From Amphiscolops sp. MND2022 (lineage: Eukaryota), in the NCBI GenBank assembly GCA_964187785.1, contig CAXLNC010001087.1:248001-312000 (forward strand): a stretch of 64,000 nucleotides of DNA, written 5' to 3'. The notes beneath the pieces are model-generated. The model ran no database searches and was not told where the DNA came from. It worked only from the letters and a program-made list of their open reading frames with translations. Shown here in pieces: positions 58,482-64,000 of this stretch (position 1 is the first letter of the stretch; each line of letters begins with the position of its first letter). The position numbers were made by a program, and so were the translations under genes.

Positions 58482-61400
58482 CTAATTTTTCTTCTTCGGT
58501 GACTTCGTATTTTCTCCCGATTGTTTTTCTTCAGTCTTCGTCTTTGCCATTACGATGTGGTTGGTTATTTCGCCTTCCGCATCGCGGCCCACATAGATCG
58601 GGATTTTTTGTCTGTCGGGAGCTGAAATAGTCATTTCCGACCAGTTAGATAGGTATGTTTTTCCGTCTTTAACGACATTCGTTAATTCGGTTCTCGGTTT
58701 TCTTCCGTGATATATTTCAAACGGTGTTATTTTCAATCCCGTATGTATTGTAAAACGCATTACTCGTAGTGCCCGGTTTAAACTTTCGGTTAGACAGAGT
58801 CCGTCTTCCATAATTGCTATTATTAAGTTTTTGATTGTTTGTATTGCTCTCTCAACTACTCCGTTTCCGGTATGCATTCGGGTTGTACAGTATTCTATTT
58901 CTATATTTCGGCTTTTGCAAAATTGTTGGTATTCTTTCGAAATGAATGCCCTCCCTTCGTCCGATCTTAACTTTTCCGGTATTCCGTACAGATTAAAATT
59001 GCTAGATAGGAAGCTTATTACTTCCTTTGTTTCCGAAGTTTTACAAATTTTTGCTGTCGGCCATTTGCTAAACCTATCTACCGCGATCAAAATTTGTGTT
59101 TCTCCGATTAATTTTTTGTTTTGTAATTTTCCGGTAAAATCGATTTGTAATTCTTGTCCGGGTACGGTCAATTTCTCTAATTTTCCGTAATGTTTTTTCG
59201 GTAATTGATAGTTAAGGTATTTACCTGATGCTAACTATGCTGTACAGTCCTTGACTTTCGTTTCGATGTCCTGTTTTTTGTTCGGCCACCACAAAATTTT
59301 GGCTACGGTTGTCATTTTCGTGATGCCGGAGTGACCGAAATGAAGGATATCGAGTAGTCATCGTCTGAAGTCGATTGGTATGACGATTTGGTCGTCGACA
59401 AATATCAGGCCGCATCTGATAGAAACCTTATCGAAGACCGTCCGGTAGCCGTTCGGAATAGTTTCTCTGTCCTCGGGGCGCATGCTGTTTCTCACTCGGG
59501 TCAGCTCCGGATCGATTGCCGTTTTTGATATCAGGGTCTTCAGGTCAAGCATGAATTCGAATTCGGCTTTTTTGATATGGTCTTCAGTGGTTTTCTTTTT
59601 GGCGGTAAATTTTCCAACGATGTGGTTTATCTGTATGTATTTGGCTTCCTTGCCTTCCGTGTTATATTTAGATAAATCCACAATTGGTAGATTGTCGCCT
59701 CGCATGATTACGCTATCTTCTGTCTCGTTGTTTTCGAGTTCTCTTTCTTCCCGTACTTCATCCGGTTGCTCTTCTTGCTCTTCAAATAGTGGTTGATAGC
59801 CGCCTCCAAGTCTGTTTGCCCTCCGGATTAATCCAGCATCGATTTCGGCAATCTCTTTTCTACTGCGTTTGTTCGGCCGGGACGCAGCAAAAACCGTACG
59901 TTGCATTTAATGGTCAGGGTTACCGGCGTCTCAGAGTGCCGGGTCGGGATAGTGCATTTCGTTGTTCGACCAATCTTCTTGTTTCTGGGCTATTATTCTT
60001 TCTTCGGATGATATCCATAATTTCTCGGGTGGATCCCCAGTGATAAAAGTTTTCACGGTCCATGTTGTCAAAGTTTTCAATGTTTGTTGTTTGGATATCT
60101 TTTGGAGTGCTAATATCGGACTGCCCGGATGTTGTTTTCTTGTTCTGTTCGGTTCCGTTCACGTAGCTTTTGTTCTCGAATGTTCTATTCAATTGTGATT
60201 GGTTTTATGTTCTGTTTTGTGTTTGGAGTTCTTCTTTGTTCTCTCGGTGATGCGTTTGCTGCATTTTGATTGGTCCGCGAATAGTTGTCCGTATTTCAAA
60301 ATCAATTCAGCTTGTTCGGCAAGTATATTAATTACGTATTCTTCATCGTAATTTTCTTCCGGTGTTGCTCCCCCTACCGGATTTCTGCTGAGATAATCGG
60401 TAAATTTCAAATTACTACCGGCTATATGTTGTATTGATATGTCAAAGTGTGTTAGACGGTCTAACCATCTTGTTAATCTTGCACTGTATTGTTTATTGCT
60501 CCGGTTTATTTTGATCAAAGGTTCTGGCGCTTGATGGTCTGTATATAAATTATTTTTTCCGTAGAGGTAGAATCTGAATTTTTCTAATCCCCACACAACT
60601 GCTAGTAGTTCTAGTTCAACGATGGAGTATTTCTTTTCGGTATCATTCAAATATCTACTCCCGTAAGCTATTGGTTTTGTATTTCCATCATCTTGTCTTT
60701 GCCAAAGTGTTATTCCCAGTCCGGTAGTGCTTGCATCAGTTGTTACTATATTATCTTTGTCTTTTGCGTAATGTGCTAGACACGGGCCTTCGGTTAGCAT
60801 CTGTTTTATTATTCCGAAGTCTTCATTTTATTCGGTTCCCCAGTTCCATGTTTCGTTCTTTTTCAAAAGTTTTCCGCAATCGGTCCGTTCTTTCCGAAAG
60901 CTTCGGTATGATTTTTGCCATTATTTGTATTGCTCCAGGAAATGATTTTAGTTCTTTGGTATTTTCCGGTGGGTTCAATTTTAATATGGCTTCAATTTTT
61001 TCTTCGTTCGGTTTTATTCCGTTTTCATCGATTGCATGTCCCAGCCACTTTGTTTGTTTCATAAAGAAATCGGATTTTTTTTGCTAGCTCGGTAACCGGT
61101 TTTTTCTATTTGTTCAAGACGTCGAATAGTTTCTTTTCGTGGTCTTGTTTGTTTCCGCGTGTTACTTTTATTATGTCATCCAACCACGCTGGTGGGCAAT
61201 ATCCGAGTGTTCGGTCGATTTTTTCTTGGAATTTTGTGGGTATATCGGCAAGTCCGTAAAACCTTTTTTTTGAATCTGTAATAACCGCTGAATTTTCCTC
61301 CGGTTAATCAAATACACATTGTCGGCTAGTCACTTCGGATAGTTTCATTTGTCCGTATGCATAGTCCAGGTCTATTTTGGACATGAATAATTGCATTCTC

Positions 61401-62076
61401 CGTCCTCGTGTTATCTCTACCGAAATTTGGTTCAGTAGTTCAACCATATTCGGCGTATGTGGTCTCATTTTGTTACAACTATCGTTTAACTTTCGGGAGT
61501 CTAGTGCTATTTTTACCGATTTGTCGCTTTTTACTGTAATTACTACCGGTGCTATGAAACAGTCTTCGTCAACGTCTTTTATTTTCTCCAAGTGTCCGGA
61601 TTTGATTAGTTTTTCTAATTCTTTTCCTACGTCTTCTTGTAGGTGTAATGGTACCGGTCGGGCTTTTGTTTTTACCGGAAAATGTCAGGGTCTCAATTGT
61701 ATTTTTTATTTCAGTATCTTTTATTGTTTCGTTGTTTTCAAACAAGTCCGGAAATTTGTTTATAATTCTGTCTTTTTCTGATTGGTTGTTTTCGGCCATA
61801 TATATTCTTCCGATTGTTAGTTTGAGTATTTTCATCCAGTCCATTCCCAGCAATGGTGTTATATCTGTTCTCTCGGTTATTACGATTTCCATCTTTTGCT
61901 TGTTGTTTTCGTATTCGATATTTACCGGAATTTTTCCGCGGAATTTTACTTCGTTTTTTGTTTACGGCTTGGTATCGGTTTGTAATTTTTTGGATTTCGG
62001 TATGTTTCAATATTCTTTCGTCCGGTGGCATTATCGTTATTGGTGATCCCGTGTCGATAATGAATTCTTTTTTCAC
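58482..62076 (-). pseudogene. pol: Element D pol fragments (PR, RT, RNase H, INT)
   Basis: IIDTGS, KIDLDYAY, WLDDI (~61175-61190), TTDASTTGLG, ELELLAVVWG, QIDFTG, GVVERAIQ. Confidence 0.9.
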
Positions 62077-63037
62077 TCCGTTTACTTTGATTGTTGCCGT
62101 GTATGCAAAACACCTCTTTGATGTGGTGTATGCTTTCTTCTGATTCGCTAGTTGATTCGTTCGGCTGTTGAGCTTCGTCTTCGGTTAGTCTTTTCACTGT
62201 TCGGTTGTTATATGTTCTTTGTCTGCATGCTTTTGCGAAGTGGCCCTTCTTTCCGCATTTGTTGCAGTTTGCTTCTAATGCCGGGCATTTGTGTATCGGT
62301 GACCAGTTTGGTGCGCTGCAAAATCTGCATGGTCGGTTTCCGAATTGTTTATTCTTCGGTTTTGTTCCGAATCTTTCCATTCTTTGTATCGGTTCTTCCT
62401 TTATTATTTGTTTCTCTTTTGATGAAATCAATGCTCTCGGGATTGTGTTCTTTTCATTTTTCTTTTCGTATGTGTTTTGCTTTATCAGTTCGATTATTTT
62501 CTTCAGTTCCAGTGTTTTCTCTTTCATTATTTTGTCCCGTCGTTTCTTGTTGGTTTTTGCGGTCATGTTTTTGGAGATTAACAGTTCTTCGGCCGATATA
62601 GAGCCGAAAATGCAATCTTTTTCAATTTCGATTAATATTCTTTAAAAATCCTCCGGTGTTTCTTCTTCTGACTGTTTCGCCCAAAAGAAATCTCCTCGAT
62701 TGTGGTAAATGTTCCGCTTTGGTAGGTAGTATTCGGTATATAACCGGATTAGATCTTTGATTTTTTTGCTGTCCGGGTCTGTCTTGTACTCCGCTCGGGT
62801 TATTTGGAAGAGTGCTTCCGGTCCCATTCCCCAGATTAAATCTTCTTGTATTGCTTGTTCTTTTGCGCCCCAACCGGAATCGGTTATGTCTTCAGCTTTT
62901 AGTAAGGGTGTGATGTCCATCTTGTGTTCTCGTTTTGTAAATTGTTTGAATCTTTCTAGCCATTGTCTCGTTGTAAATACCGGATTTCCGTCTGTGGCTT
63001 TGGTTTCGAGGTTCCGTACTGTGTTCTTTTCTGCCAT
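61946..63037 (-). pseudogene. gag: Element D gag fragments
   Basis: QWLERFKQF N-terminal motif. CRFC..HKC and CNKCGKKGHFAKAC knuckles. Frameshift near 62630. Confidence 0.85.
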
Positions 63038-64000
63038 GGTTTCGGTTTATTGATAAGAATCCGGTTTATTTAAAAAATTGCTGACTGCGCCATGTTCTAT
63101 TCTGGCAAACTAGGATTTAAGAGAAGAAAGATTTTTAAAAAGTAATCTATTTTGTATAGTCTAGAATGTAGATATCCAAAATAGTATAAATGTAATATCT
63201 GATTCAGTTTTGTTGTAGCGTTTATTTGTCAACACTGGTTGGTATTCTAGACGTATAAACTAAAGTTCTTCAAACCGAAACTCGGCAAGGTCATGAACCG
63301 GAATGAACCCGAATATAACATTAATATCATTTCTGAAACGGTCCACCCGCTTCAAAAAATATTCGTGAACAGTAATGCCTCTTTGGTAAAAGGCAGTTTT
63401 TTTAATTCAAGTTCAAATAACCAGCCAAATCTGTCTGATGTTATCTTCCAAGCAGATGCTGTTCCGAATGATTGATTGACAAGTGACAAAACGAATTTCG
63501 GAGAATTTTTGACATATTGTTGACTAATGTTTACGTTGTGAAAAGCGTTGTTTATTGTTTTATTCGCACCGATTTTCGCGGATCAAATAATATTTGAAAC
63601 TAGATTTGAAATACGAGTTTTTTCCACTGGATTGACAGACAACTTGAACATTCCGCAAATCCAATTTGAAAAAAAAGTATATTCATTTTCAACAACGACA
63701 TTCTTTACTCGTTTCGTTTTTTTGATCATAGAGAGTAGTACACCTGTTATTTGTAGCTACGCTGTAAAACAGCGGGCGTGAATTTTCCTGGTATTGTCTT
63801 GGCTAACAAAAGCTCGTGTCAAATGTACCTGAGATATATGGAGTAAAATTTCTATCTGAGGTTCCTTGGTCAAAATTGCCCGGCTGAAATTTAGCATGAC
63901 CTAGGCAACTGACGCAGACACTTGGTGAAGTTACTGTGTCTTTCCTAAAGTTTGTGTATTCCCGGCATGCGTTTTCCGTTCCTTGTACAGTGAAATACCA

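Larger units (their letters stand above)
57485..63320 (-). mobile_element. Gypsy element D, 5836 bp, heavily frameshifted
   Basis: 228-bp LTRs at 57485-57712 and 63093-63320 (about 6 substitutions seen). TSD TTAAT at 57480-57484 and 63321-63325. PBS TGGCGCAGTCAGC. Long PPT at 57713-57740. Confidence 0.95.

Overview
Eukaryotic, AT-rich, transposon-dense window with no recognisable host gene, tRNA, rRNA or CRISPR array. From left to right: the 3' end and LTR of a Gypsy-like element (+, 1-1129). A BEL/Pao LTR element (-, 2000-23458, TSD ACATT) whose 5' LTR is split 1 bp from its end by a 14.8-kb Gypsy element A (-, 8647-23452, 1897-bp LTRs, TSD CTAAC). A related but diverged 15.2-kb Gypsy element B (-, 26589-41774, TSD CATTC). 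A decayed 14-kb Polinton/Maverick (41904-55867, AGTAGT termini, 6-bp TSD ACTATA, broken protein-primed PolB, internal 104-bp satellite). A small degraded Gypsy element D (-, 57485-63320, TSD TTAAT). The main discovery is that elements A and B both carry a divergent two-gene cassette between pol and the 3' LTR. One gene is a 5-exon, GT-AG spliced gene antisense to gag-pol: 1174 aa and intact in A, pseudogenised in B, all four introns phase 1, at least three at homologous positions. Its large last exon looks like a catalytically dead hAT-type transposase with a BED-like zinc finger. The other gene is a conserved ~200-aa Ser/Pro-rich sense ORF that runs into the 3' LTR. Both elements also start gag more than 110 codons inside the LTR and use an A AAA AAC gag-pol slippery site. 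All alignments and family calls were made by eye; no database search was run.
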